Of a stretch of 59,711 nt of DNA, positions 1 through 7,462 are shown one piece after another (the first letter of the stretch is position 1; every line of letters starts with the position of its first letter). Below the pieces are notes generated by a model. It was not told the DNA's origin and searched no databases. It was given only the letters and a program-made list of their open reading frames with translations. The position numbers were made by a program, and so were the translations under genes. The DNA comes from Crocinitomicaceae bacterium (lineage in GTDB: Bacteria > Bacteroidota > Bacteroidia > Flavobacteriales_D > Crocinitomicaceae), in contig JBIJBD010000001.1 of NCBI GenBank assembly GCA_044345395.1, positions 1 through 59,711 of the forward strand, in the 5' to 3' direction.

Positions 1-690
1 GGCATGTCCCCAGTCGCGTTGTGCGTTTAAGTTACCCAAGTAAAGGGTATCCGATTGTCTCAAAGCAATTTTAGCAACTTCACGCGTAATTTTACGGGTC
101 ACAAACGTTTCACCTCGCTGCGGAGATTCATGATTGAATAAAATCCCATTGCATGCATACATTCCGTAAGCTTCGCGGTAGTTTACCGTAATCCAATACC
201 CATATAATTTCGCAACTGCATACGGAGAACGCGGATAAAAGGGAGTAGTCTCCGATTGCGGAACTGCTTGCACAAGTCCATATAATTCAGAAGTTGAAGC
301 CTGATAAATACGAGTTTTTTTGATTAAGCCTAAGATTCTCACGGCCTCAAGGATTCTCAGCGTCCCTATTCCATCCACATTAGCCACATATTCCGGGGAG
401 TCGAAACTTACTTTTACGTGAGACATTGCTCCCAAATTGTAAATTTCATCCGGTTGAACTTCCTGAATGATTCGAATGAGGTTAGTAGAATCGGTCAAAT
501 CTCCATAATGCAAAACTAATTTTGGATTTGGGTTGTGCGGATCTTCGTACAGGTGATCAATTCGCTGGGTATTGATGCTTGATGCTCTTCGCTTGATACC
601 GTGAACGGTGTATCCTTTTTTGAGAAGGAAGTCAGCGAGGTAAGCGCCGTCTTGTCCTGTGATACCGGTGATTAAGGCTATTTTACTCAT
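1..690 (-). CDS. gmd: GDP-mannose 4,6-dehydratase (N-terminal 230 codons; C-terminus runs off the left edge)
   Basis: The frame is open to the window edge, so it is absent from the ORF track. Hand translation from ATG (690-688, minus) gives [38 protein letters not shown]...[11 protein letters not shown]...[18 protein letters not shown]. This carries the Rossmann GxxGxxG and YxxxK motifs typical of Gmd. Confidence 0.9.
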   Translation of the reverse strand, partial: MSKIALITGITGQDGAYLADFLLKKGYTVHGIKRRASSINTQRIDHLYEDPHNPNPKLVLHYGDLTDSTNLIRIIQEVQPDEIYNLGAMSHVKVSFDSPEYVANVDGIGTLRILEAVRILGLIKKTRIYQASTSELYGLVQAVPQSETTPFYPRSPYAVAKLYGYWITVNYREAYGMYACNGILFNHESPQRGETFVTRKITREVAKIALRQSDTLYLGNLNAQRDWGHA

Positions 691-1645
691 TTTTTTTTAA
701 ACCTTTTAAAGTATGATTGGATTCTAAACTATCCAGAAACCAATTGTAGGTGATTTGAATTCCTTCTTCCAACTTAATTTTTGGTTCCCAACCTAGTTTT
801 CTCAATTTGCTGCTATCCATTAGTTTTTTCGGCGTACCATTGGGCTTGCTTTTATCCCAGATGATATTTCCTTGATGCCCAATAATTTTTTGAACTAGCT
901 CTGCTAGATTTTTTATGGTTAAGTCAGTTCCAAAACCTACGTTGAATAAATCGTCTTCCAAGTCATTTTCAAGAGCAAATAAAGTGGCAGCTGCCATATC
1001 ATCCACATGCAAGAACTCTCTGTAGGGACTACCTGTTCCCCAAAGTGTGACATCGGAATTAGTTTCCTTCGCCTCATGAAACTTACGAATCATAGCTGGT
1101 AGTACGTGAGATCCGTTCAAGTCAAAATTATCGTTGAAGCCATATAAATTGGTAGGCATTAAACTTACCGCATTCAAACCCATTTGTTTTCTCGCAGCGC
1201 GACAAGCCATAATTCCTGAAATTTTAGCTACGGCATACCATTCGTTTGTCGGTTCAAGTGGTCCAGTAAGAAGATATTCTTCTTTCAATGGCTGCGGTGC
1301 CATTTTCGGATAAATGCACGAACTTCCCAAGAAAATGAATTGTCGTATCTTATTTTCAACTGCTGCTTGGATCAAGTTGTTTTGAATCAACATGTTCTGC
1401 ATAATGAAATCATAAGGATAGGTATCGTTTGCCAATATCCCCCCAACTTTTGCCGCCGCATCAATAATTACTTCAATATTTTCGTCTTTAATAAATTCTA
1501 GAGTTTCCGCTTGATTGGTTAAATCAAGCTCGCTTCTATTTTTTAACACCAAATTCTGATATCCCACATTTTCAAGGCTACGCACCACGGCACTACCTAC
1601 CATTCCTTTGTGTCCAGCGATGAAGATTTTTGAGGATTTTAGCAT
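683..1645 (-). CDS. fcl: GDP-L-fucose synthase (GDP-4-keto-6-deoxymannose 3,5-epimerase/4-reductase)
   Basis: 320-aa ORF with [13 protein letters not shown] Rossmann motif, GSSCIYP and YAVAK motifs. It overlaps the gmd start by 8 nt (ATGAGTAA). Confidence 0.9.
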   Translation of the reverse strand: MLKSSKIFIAGHKGMVGSAVVRSLENVGYQNLVLKNRSELDLTNQAETLEFIKDENIEVIIDAAAKVGGILANDTYPYDFIMQNMLIQNNLIQAAVENKIRQFIFLGSSCIYPKMAPQPLKEEYLLTGPLEPTNEWYAVAKISGIMACRAARKQMGLNAVSLMPTNLYGFNDNFDLNGSHVLPAMIRKFHEAKETNSDVTLWGTGSPYREFLHVDDMAAATLFALENDLEDDLFNVGFGTDLTIKNLAELVQKIIGHQGNIIWDKSKPNGTPKKLMDSSKLRKLGWEPKIKLEEGIQITYNWFLDSLESNHTLKGLKKNE

Positions 1646-1691
1646 TGAGGGCTGGAAGCACTGACCGAAACGAAGTGGAGCGTCATGTGGT

Positions 1692-1755
1692 GAGGTTTAA
1701 GACTGAGGTTTGAGGTTTGAGATTGAGGGTTAAGACTGAGGGTTGAGGGTTAAGT
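1692..1755. repeat. Degenerate short-unit array (TGAGGTT / TGAGGGT / TAAGAC units) abutting the 3' end of the RhuM-like gene
   Basis: Read directly: gaggtttaagactgaggtttgaggtttgagattgagggttaagactgagggttgagggttaag. It contains a 31-nt block (1711-1741) identical to 2631-2661. Confidence 0.8.
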
Positions 1756-2583
1756 ATTCAGTTTCTTTACTATCAATTGTGGCTCGATAGATAGTTTAGA
1801 AAAGGCAAACCATTTTTTTCCTAAGTCTTTCAACGATGCCCCAATGTGATAAATATCCAAATCATCAATTATTAGGAATCGATCGTGAGCTTTACCGAAA
1901 GAGATCACTTCAATGGGTTCATATTGCTCATTAAATTTCTGAAGATCCAATTCTAATTGCTTCCTTATTTTTTGCGTAAATATCTGAGCCTTTACACCTC
2001 TTTTTCTTTTTGATAAGATTAATAATACATCTTCGTTCACGTAATTGTCAATCAAAACAAGTGAATGATTTGCTTTGCGAACGATACCCGAAACAAAATG
2101 AAATGCATCAAATATTTGTCCATCAAAAAAAATTCCTTCCTTGGGAGGAAGCGTTGTTTGAATTAGCGTTTCCAGTAATTGACCTTGTTGTACTACTTGC
2201 TTTTCGATTTTTTCCACTCTTTGCTGAATGGCATAGCCTTTAAGCAGGTAATCGCGGAGTACCTTTGTTGCCCAAATTCTAAATTGAGTTCCACGCTTAG
2301 ATTTTATTCTGTATCCAACGGAAATAATAACATCGAGATTGTAGTAGGCAGTGTTGTATTTTTTTCCATCCGCCGCAGTTGTCAAGGAATACTTGACTGC
2401 TGAAGTTTTTTCTAATTCCTTTTCTTTGAAAATATTATTGATGTGCAAACTGATATTTTGCTTAGTTGAGTTGAAAAGTTCCAGTATCTGCGCCTGCGTA
2501 AGCCATACAGACTCATCTTCCACTCTTACTTCAATAAAAAGGTCAGATTGGCTATCTGGCAGGTAAGTAATTAGCTCGTGCAT
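1750..2583 (-). CDS. RhuM-family protein (function unknown)
   Basis: 277-aa ORF. The core YYNLDVIISVGYRIKSKRGTQFRIWATKVLRDYLLKGY and the C-terminal HDRFLIID..YHIGASLKDLGKKWFAF block match my recollection of RhuM-family proteins. Confidence 0.7.
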   Translation of the reverse strand: MHELITYLPDSQSDLFIEVRVEDESVWLTQAQILELFNSTKQNISLHINNIFKEKELEKTSAVKYSLTTAADGKKYNTAYYNLDVIISVGYRIKSKRGTQFRIWATKVLRDYLLKGYAIQQRVEKIEKQVVQQGQLLETLIQTTLPPKEGIFFDGQIFDAFHFVSGIVRKANHSLVLIDNYVNEDVLLILSKRKRGVKAQIFTQKIRKQLELDLQKFNEQYEPIEVISFGKAHDRFLIIDDLDIYHIGASLKDLGKKWFAFSKLSIEPQLIVKKLNT

Positions 2584-2587
2584 AGGT

Positions 2588-2700
2588 GGGCTGAGGGTTG
2601 AGACTAAAGTTTGAGGCTGAGGGTTGAGACTGAGGTTTGAGATTGAGGGTTAAGACTGAGGTTTGAGGTATAGGGTTAAGGGTTAAGTCTGAGGGTTAAT
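2588..2700. repeat. Degenerate short-unit array (GAGGKTT/AAGACT units) directly upstream of the RhuM-like start codon
   Basis: Read directly: gggctgagggttgagactaaagtttgaggctgagggttgagactgaggtttgagattgagggttaagactgaggtttgaggtatagggttaagggttaagtctgagggttaat. It shares the 31-nt block with 1711-1741. Confidence 0.8.
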
Positions 2701-2763
2701 GTATAATTGAAAATGTAAAATCGAAAATGTGTTTTATTAGGTGATTCAAAAGTTAAAAAATAT

Positions 2764-3981
2764 TTACAGCGTATCTAATTGTAAAAATTTAGATAAATGT
2801 AATACAGATACGCCATTGTAAGAAGTGCCAGAATAATTATCGAGGGTTACCACAATTTTAGGGTAATTGTCTTTTACTTTCAATAAATTACCAAACTCTC
2901 TTTCAATGGTATTTTGTTCTTTAAGTGTAAGAGCAACTTGTATATATGTTATTTCGCTATTTTTTTTCGCTACAAAGTCGATTTCATGTGCTCCCCAAAC
3001 TCCAACAGTAACATCGAAATTTAAATAAAGTAGGTGATTGTAAACAATATTTTCAATTATTTTACCTCTATCTTCTAGTCGATACCCCCATATAGCGTTT
3101 CTTATTCCTAAATTTTCAAAGTAATATTTTTCACCTATTTCAAACAAACGCTTTCCTTGAATATTGTATCTGTTGCACCCTAAAATAATAAAGGCATTTG
3201 TAAGGTGACTGATATAGCTTTGTACTTGGTTTGGCGCCATATTTATCTTTTGCGCCTTCAGAAAGTCACTAATACTTTTAGCTGAAAACAAACTACCTGT
3301 ATTAGAGCTTAAAAACAATACTAATTTTTCTAAAAAACTCGAATTTCTTATATTAAATCTGTTTACTACGTCTCGATAAATTATGGTGCTATAAATATTT
3401 TTTAAATATTCGAAAACAATATCATCTTCAAGTGGTAAGTGTTTTAAATAAGGTAATCCACCAAATTTAATGTATTTTTCAAGCGCATCTTCACTTGCTG
3501 TTAGTGAATGAAATTCTAAGAATTCTAAGAAAGATAAACTGTAAACGACTTGTTCAATATATCGCCCGCTCAAATTTCCAGCTATATCACTTGATAGTAA
3601 ATTTGCATTACTGCCCGTACAATAAATATCTAATTTTTCATTGAGCAGAAGAGATCGAAGTGCTATGTGAAAATCTTCAATATCCTGAATTTCATCAATA
3701 AACAAATAAGTCATGCCTGTTTTGGCACTATTTAGAGACACATATTCATTTAGGTCTTTTGCATTTTTGATGTTTGCATAGGCCAAATCTTCTTTATTAA
3801 TGTATATTATTCGCGGATTTTCTTTTGTTTTTTGAATATGCTGAATTAGCTGATATAGCAGATAACTTTTACCAACCCTTCGCTGACCTACCAATACTTT
3901 TATAACCTGTTTGTCAATAAAAGGCTCTAAGGCATTGAGATATCTGTTTCGATGAATTATATGACTTGGAACACCTGTCAA
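2764..3981 (-). CDS. AAA+ ATPase, DUF4143-type ATP-binding protein
   Basis: 405-aa ORF with Walker A GQRRVGKS and Walker B LFIDEIQ, and the long C-terminal region typical of the AAA_14/DUF4143 architecture. Confidence 0.8.
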   Translation of the reverse strand: MTGVPSHIIHRNRYLNALEPFIDKQVIKVLVGQRRVGKSYLLYQLIQHIQKTKENPRIIYINKEDLAYANIKNAKDLNEYVSLNSAKTGMTYLFIDEIQDIEDFHIALRSLLLNEKLDIYCTGSNANLLSSDIAGNLSGRYIEQVVYSLSFLEFLEFHSLTASEDALEKYIKFGGLPYLKHLPLEDDIVFEYLKNIYSTIIYRDVVNRFNIRNSSFLEKLVLFLSSNTGSLFSAKSISDFLKAQKINMAPNQVQSYISHLTNAFIILGCNRYNIQGKRLFEIGEKYYFENLGIRNAIWGYRLEDRGKIIENIVYNHLLYLNFDVTVGVWGAHEIDFVAKKNSEITYIQVALTLKEQNTIEREFGNLLKVKDNYPKIVVTLDNYSGTSYNGVSVLHLSKFLQLDTL

Positions 3982-4084
3982 TTTCTATAGTTTAAATTAT
4001 AGTAATATTAGTTTTACTACAAAGTTATAATTATAATTATATGTTTTGATTGTTTAATGAAAGGGTTGTTTTTTGTGTTGTACA

Positions 4085-4112
4085 TTCTAAATTCTAAATT
4101 CTTAATTCTTTA
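4085..4112. repeat. Four TTCTWWA heptads overlapping the stop codon of the ABC-2 permease gene
   Basis: ttctaaa ttctaaa ttcttaa ttcttta read in 7-nt register. Positions 4085-4097 are the exact reverse complement of 4957-4969. Confidence 0.7.
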
Positions 4113-4955
4113 AACAGTGTCCATAAAACTTTTCTCGACTTGATTAAATATAATTATTCCTAAAAACAAGACGCCGAAACTAAAAATGCTGGTGTATGCT
4201 AAGCCGCTCCAATCGAAAGATCCGATGCTGAAAAAGGCATAGCGGAAACTTTCCATAATGGGCGTAAGTGGGTTCATACTGATAATCGTATGTAATTTTC
4301 CTCCGGTGTAGCTCAAGGGGTAAATGATGGGCGTTGCGTACATTAAGAGTTGAATTCCAAAGGTTAATAAGAAACTCAAATCGCGGTATTTGGTGGTGAG
4401 TGCAGAGAAGATTATTCCTAGGCCTAGTCCCATAACTGCCATCAAGAGAATCAAATATGGAAGAATTAAAATGTGCATATTCACGTTTACTTGGATGTCT
4501 TTGGTAAAGATTTGATAAACCATTATTGCCAAGAACAGCAAAACCTGTATACCTAACTTAATGAGGTTCGAGATCACAATTGAAATCGGTGTTGCCAAGC
4601 GTGGGAAGTACACTTTTCCGAAAATACCGGCATTCGCTACAAAAGTATTGGAGGTTTTGTTGAAGCAATCGGAGAAGTAGTTCCAAAGCGTAATTCCAGA
4701 TAGGTAGAACAAAATCGGATCAATGTTATCGGTTGGAATCTTTGCAATTTGGTTAAAAACGAAGAAAAAGGTTAGTGTCGTAAACAAGGGCTGAATGAAT
4801 AACCAAATCGGTCCGAGAATCGTTTGTTTGTATTGAGAAACAAAATCACGTCGAACAAACAACATAATCAAATCGCGGTAACGCCACAACTCTTTAAGGT
4901 TGATGTCGAGCAAGGAACGCTTCGGGGATATTATTTCGGTCCAGGAGTCTTTCAT
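4110..4955 (-). CDS. ABC-2 type polysaccharide/O-antigen export permease (Wzm/KpsM/TagG-like)
   Basis: 281-aa ORF with about 6 hydrophobic segments. N-terminal LWRYRDLIMLFVRRDFVSQYKQTILGPIW is the usual ABC-2 permease signature. Confidence 0.85.
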   Translation of the reverse strand: MKDSWTEIISPKRSLLDINLKELWRYRDLIMLFVRRDFVSQYKQTILGPIWLFIQPLFTTLTFFFVFNQIAKIPTDNIDPILFYLSGITLWNYFSDCFNKTSNTFVANAGIFGKVYFPRLATPISIVISNLIKLGIQVLLFLAIMVYQIFTKDIQVNVNMHILILPYLILLMAVMGLGLGIIFSALTTKYRDLSFLLTFGIQLLMYATPIIYPLSYTGGKLHTIISMNPLTPIMESFRYAFFSIGSFDWSGLAYTSIFSFGVLFLGIIIFNQVEKSFMDTV

Positions 4956-4957
4956 TT

Positions 4958-5041
4958 TAGAATTTAGAAGTGAGAATTATGAAGTTAGAGGTTAGAAATT
5001 AGAAGTTTGAAGTTTGAAATTAGAATTTTGAAATTAGGAGG
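4958..5041. repeat. 12 tandem degenerate heptads (consensus TWGAAGT), C-free on the plus strand
   Basis: tagaatt tagaagt gagaatt atgaagt tagaggt tagaaat tagaagt ttgaagt ttgaaat tagaatt ttgaaat taggagg, counted base by base. No C occurs between 4954 and 5052. Confidence 0.9.
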
Positions 5042-5074
5042 GAAATATGGATCGTGTTAAAATTTAACTTTTTG

Positions 5075-5116
5075 CCTTCATCCTTCTACATTCTGCTCTT
5101 TAAATTCAGAATTCTA
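5075..5116. repeat. 6 heptads of the complementary type (nnTTCnn)
   Basis: ccttcat ccttcta cattctg ctcttta aattcag aattcta. The array overlaps the stop of the four-helix-bundle ORF. Confidence 0.7.
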
Positions 5117-5467
5117 ATTGGAGTTATTTAATCTTTTTTGCATTGTTTTTAAGGTTGAAACTGTAATTGCTGTGAGCTCATCTGCTTCTTTCAATAGATC
5201 ATCAACGTTTTTCCAATCTTTTCTTTTTATTATTTCCAACCAAAAGCAGCATTCGTCAATTTCTTCGAGAACAATATTCATTTTCGAAATAAATTCTCTA
5301 TCGCTCCTTCCTCTGCACGCAGCTCTGTAGTTTGCTCCGACAGATGTTGCAGAACGCGCAAGTTGATTGGTGACAATTTTCTTAGTTTGACTATATTCCA
5401 TTTCCTCCACCAAGTTTATCACTTGTATTCCAAATTCAAATGTGCGAGATTTTAGGTCTTTTTTCAA
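5114..5467 (-). CDS. Four-helix-bundle protein (23S rRNA intervening-sequence protein / DGR Avd-like family)
   Basis: 117-aa ORF. NQLARSATSVGANYRAACRGRSDREFISKMNIVLEEIDECCFWLEI matches the conserved core of this family. The only start codon at the 5' end is TTG (5467-5465), and the first in-frame ATG is codon 23. Confidence 0.8.
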   Translation of the reverse strand: MKKDLKSRTFEFGIQVINLVEEMEYSQTKKIVTNQLARSATSVGANYRAACRGRSDREFISKMNIVLEEIDECCFWLEIIKRKDWKNVDDLLKEADELTAITVSTLKTMQKRLNNSN

Positions 5468-5468
5468 A

Positions 5469-5531
5469 ATGAAGGTAGAAGTTTGAAGGTTGAATTTAGA
5501 ATTTTGATTTTAGAAGTTAGAGATTTGAAGC
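5469..5531. repeat. 9 tandem degenerate heptads (TWGAAGK)
   Basis: atgaagg tagaagt ttgaagg ttgaatt tagaatt ttgattt tagaagt tagagat ttgaagc. The plus strand is C-free over 5466-5530. Confidence 0.9.
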
Positions 5532-5540
5532 GTGACGGAT

Positions 5541-5603
5541 TTCTGCATTCATCTTTCTAAATTCTGACTTCTGCATTCATCCTTCTGGATTCTAAATTCT
5601 AAT
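5541..5603. repeat. 9 tandem heptads of the complementary type (TTCTNNA)
   Basis: ttctgca ttcatct ttctaaa ttctgac ttctgca ttcatcc ttctgga ttctaaa ttctaat. It lies 9 nt from the 5469-5531 array and overlaps the cysC stop codon. Confidence 0.9.
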
Positions 5604-6167
5604 CAACTCCTCCGCAATCCTTATCACACATTCATTTACATCGAATTGAGAACTGTTTACTCGAAATGCTTCTGCTGTTGGGGCTTCAAACGGGTCTGAA
5701 ATCCCAGTAAAGTTTGAGATTTCTCCCGCACGTGCTTTTTTGTAAAGTCCTTTTGGGTCGCGTTGTTCGCAGGTAGCTAAATCGCATTCCACGTAAACGT
5801 CTAATAATCTTTCGTTTTTCAAAATTTCTTTGACTAGTGAGCGCTGTTCTTCGTACGGTGTAATCAAGGAAACCAAGACAATCATTCCCGCATCCGACAT
5901 CAACTTGGCAACTTCAGCAACACGCCGAACGTTTTCCAAACGATCCACAGAAGAAAAACCTAAATCTTTGTTCAATCCTAATCGCGTGTTGTCGCCATCC
6001 AAGCAATAGGTGTGGTTGCCCATTTCAAACAATCTTTTCTCCAAAGCATTGGCAATCGTGGATTTACCAGATCCTGATAATCCGTACAACCAAACCACAG
6101 CAGATTCATGGCCGTTGTGTGCAGTTCGATGCGCTTTAGTTATCGTGAAATTTTGCCTTGGTTGCAC
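5592..6167 (-). CDS. cysC: Adenylyl-sulfate (APS) kinase
   Basis: 191-aa ORF with P-loop GLSGSGKST and the DGDNTRLGLNKDLGFS motif. Confidence 0.9.
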   Translation of the reverse strand: MQPRQNFTITKAHRTAHNGHESAVVWLYGLSGSGKSTIANALEKRLFEMGNHTYCLDGDNTRLGLNKDLGFSSVDRLENVRRVAEVAKLMSDAGMIVLVSLITPYEEQRSLVKEILKNERLLDVYVECDLATCEQRDPKGLYKKARAGEISNFTGISDPFEAPTAEAFRVNSSQFDVNECVIRIAEELIRI

Positions 6168-6259
6168 TTGCTTTTTCTTACGGCTTCGCCATTCTCAGTC
6201 ACAGTCATTTTTTGAAAAATGCTGCGGTGAGTAGTAGGTAGTGTATGTCAAAAAACCAA

Positions 6260-6790
6260 TTAATTCTTGCTCCAGAGCAGTAAAATCGGTTCTTCGTGTT
6301 GTAGTTTATAGTTTTCTAGCTCAACTTGATTCATTACGAGGTAACGAATTTTTCGTTGCACTAAATCTTCTGCTTTTTCAATTAATTCTGTTAAATACGC
6401 TTTGTCCACTTTCCCAACGAGGATAACATCGATGATTCCCGAGTCGCGCCCTTTTGCGTAATCGCCTATCAAATAAGCGTTTTCCACATCCCCTAAGCGT
6501 TGAATCACCCACTCGATGATGGAATCCAAGCCTGTCATTTTCGAAACGATGCTTCTAATTTCAGGAAATAAGGGGTGAGACTGCTTTGCTTTATACTTCA
6601 CCACGTTGCCAACAGCTTCACTTTCAAGGATTCCGGCTTCGGTCAAACGGTTCAATTCCACTCGAACGGCATTGGTACTTTCCCCAAATTCATCGGCTAA
6701 TTGACGCAAATAGGCTTTCATCGTTGGATTAAGAAAAAACTTCACCAACAGCCGAATTCTTGTTTTTGATGTGATCAGCGCGTCTAACAT
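6260..6790 (-). CDS. Winged-helix (ArsR-like) regulator fused to a minimal nucleotidyltransferase-like domain
   Basis: 176-aa ORF. N-terminal LRQLADEFGESTNAVRVELNRLTEAGIL looks like a wHTH. C-terminal LIGDYAKGRDSGIIDVILVG resembles the MNT/pol-beta NTase glycine-Asp segment. Confidence 0.55.
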   Translation of the reverse strand: MLDALITSKTRIRLLVKFFLNPTMKAYLRQLADEFGESTNAVRVELNRLTEAGILESEAVGNVVKYKAKQSHPLFPEIRSIVSKMTGLDSIIEWVIQRLGDVENAYLIGDYAKGRDSGIIDVILVGKVDKAYLTELIEKAEDLVQRKIRYLVMNQVELENYKLQHEEPILLLWSKN

Positions 6791-6924
6791 TGAGTAACAA
6801 ATTTACTCGGTTTGGTTAGAAAGTACAAATAAAATATTCATCAAATCCTTGTTAATATTCAAAAAGCCATGAAATAAATTTTCACTTAATACAACACTTC
6901 TTTCGTTATTTAGGCATAATGTCT

Positions 6925-6932
6925 TACTTTTG
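6925..6932 (+). promoter_or_regulatory. Candidate Bacteroidota -7 box (TActTTTG) for tRNA-Ser
   Basis: Matches the TAnnTTTG consensus and lies 44 nt upstream of the tRNA 5' end. Confidence 0.35.
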
Positions 6933-6975
6933 CACTCCCACTTTCGACCGAGTGAGGGAAAGAAAACCAAAGAAA

Positions 6976-7066
6976 GGAGAGGTGTCCGAGTGGTTGAAGG
7001 AGCACGCCTGGAAAGTGTGTATAGGCCTAAAGCTTATCGAGGGTTCGAATCCCTCTCTCTCCGCCA
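6976..7066 (+). tRNA. tRNA-Ser (anticodon GGA), CCA encoded
   Basis: Hand-folded cloverleaf. Acceptor GGAGAGG/TCTCTCC, anticodon stem CACGC/GTGTG with loop CTGGAAA, long variable arm, T arm GAGGG-TTCGAAT-CCCTC, discriminator G then CCA. Confidence 0.9.
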
Positions 7067-7077
7067 AGTCCACTAAA

Positions 7078-7102
7078 AGCTAGCTGTTAGGCTGGCTTTT
7101 TT
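7078..7102 (+). terminator. Intrinsic terminator after tRNA-Ser
   Basis: 7-bp stem AGCTAGC/GCTGGCT (one G-T pair) with a 6-nt loop, followed by TTTTTT. Confidence 0.55.
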
Positions 7103-7257
7103 GTTTAAAGCGCGTCGAAAGCTTGCTTAAGTAAGTTTTGAAAAACAAAAAAGGCTTAAAGTTGCGAAGCTGTTTGACTTTACGTGGACTCGAAGCTAAA
7201 CCCATTTGGGCTCACGAGCGCAGCGAGTAATCCCATATTTCCTTTTGCCCTTCCACT

Positions 7258-7462
7258 CTGACGGAGTTTAATACTCATCAGAGTCCTTTCTTCCTCCCTT
7301 TGAGGGAGGACCGAGGAGGGTGACAATCTAGAAGTTAGAAATAATTTCACCTCTACCTGACGGAATTTAATACTCGTCAGAGTCCTCATCCCCCTCGATC
7401 CCCCTTCGAAGGGGGAGGTGTTTTTTCTTCCTCCCTTTGAGGGAGGACCGAGGAGGGTCACA
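7258..7462. repeat. Composite GC-rich palindromic repeat cluster (R1-R2-heptads-R1-palindrome-R2)
   Basis: R1 is 30 nt: 7258-7287 and 7357-7386 (ctgacggaRtttaatactcRtcagagtcct, 2 mismatches). R2 is 38 nt: 7288-7325 and 7425-7462 (ttcttcctccctttgagggaggaccgaggagggtSaca, 1 mismatch, hairpin CCTCCC/GGGAGG). There is a 16-nt perfect palindrome cccccttcgaaggggg at 7400-7415, and heptads tagaagt tagaaat at 7329-7342. Confidence 0.85.

Noticed and set aside
690-698. Run of nine T (A9 on the coding strand) at the fcl stop / gmd start overlap as a phase-variation tract
   Set aside because: Length change would alter only the last few fcl codons and leave the gmd ATG intact. There is no obvious on/off consequence, so it was treated as ordinary AT-rich sequence.
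1692-5603. Short-unit arrays considered as CRISPR or as coding tandem repeats
   Set aside because: The units are 6-7 nt with no unique spacers, and no cas genes are present. A stop codon in every unit closes all frames, so the arrays are neither CRISPR nor coding.
7258-7287. Minus strand of repeat R1 reads CTGATGAG, the hammerhead ribozyme core box
   Set aside because: No GAAA box, no three-stem junction and no cleavage-site context could be built. The element folds as a simple interrupted hairpin, and the second copy has CTGACGAG.
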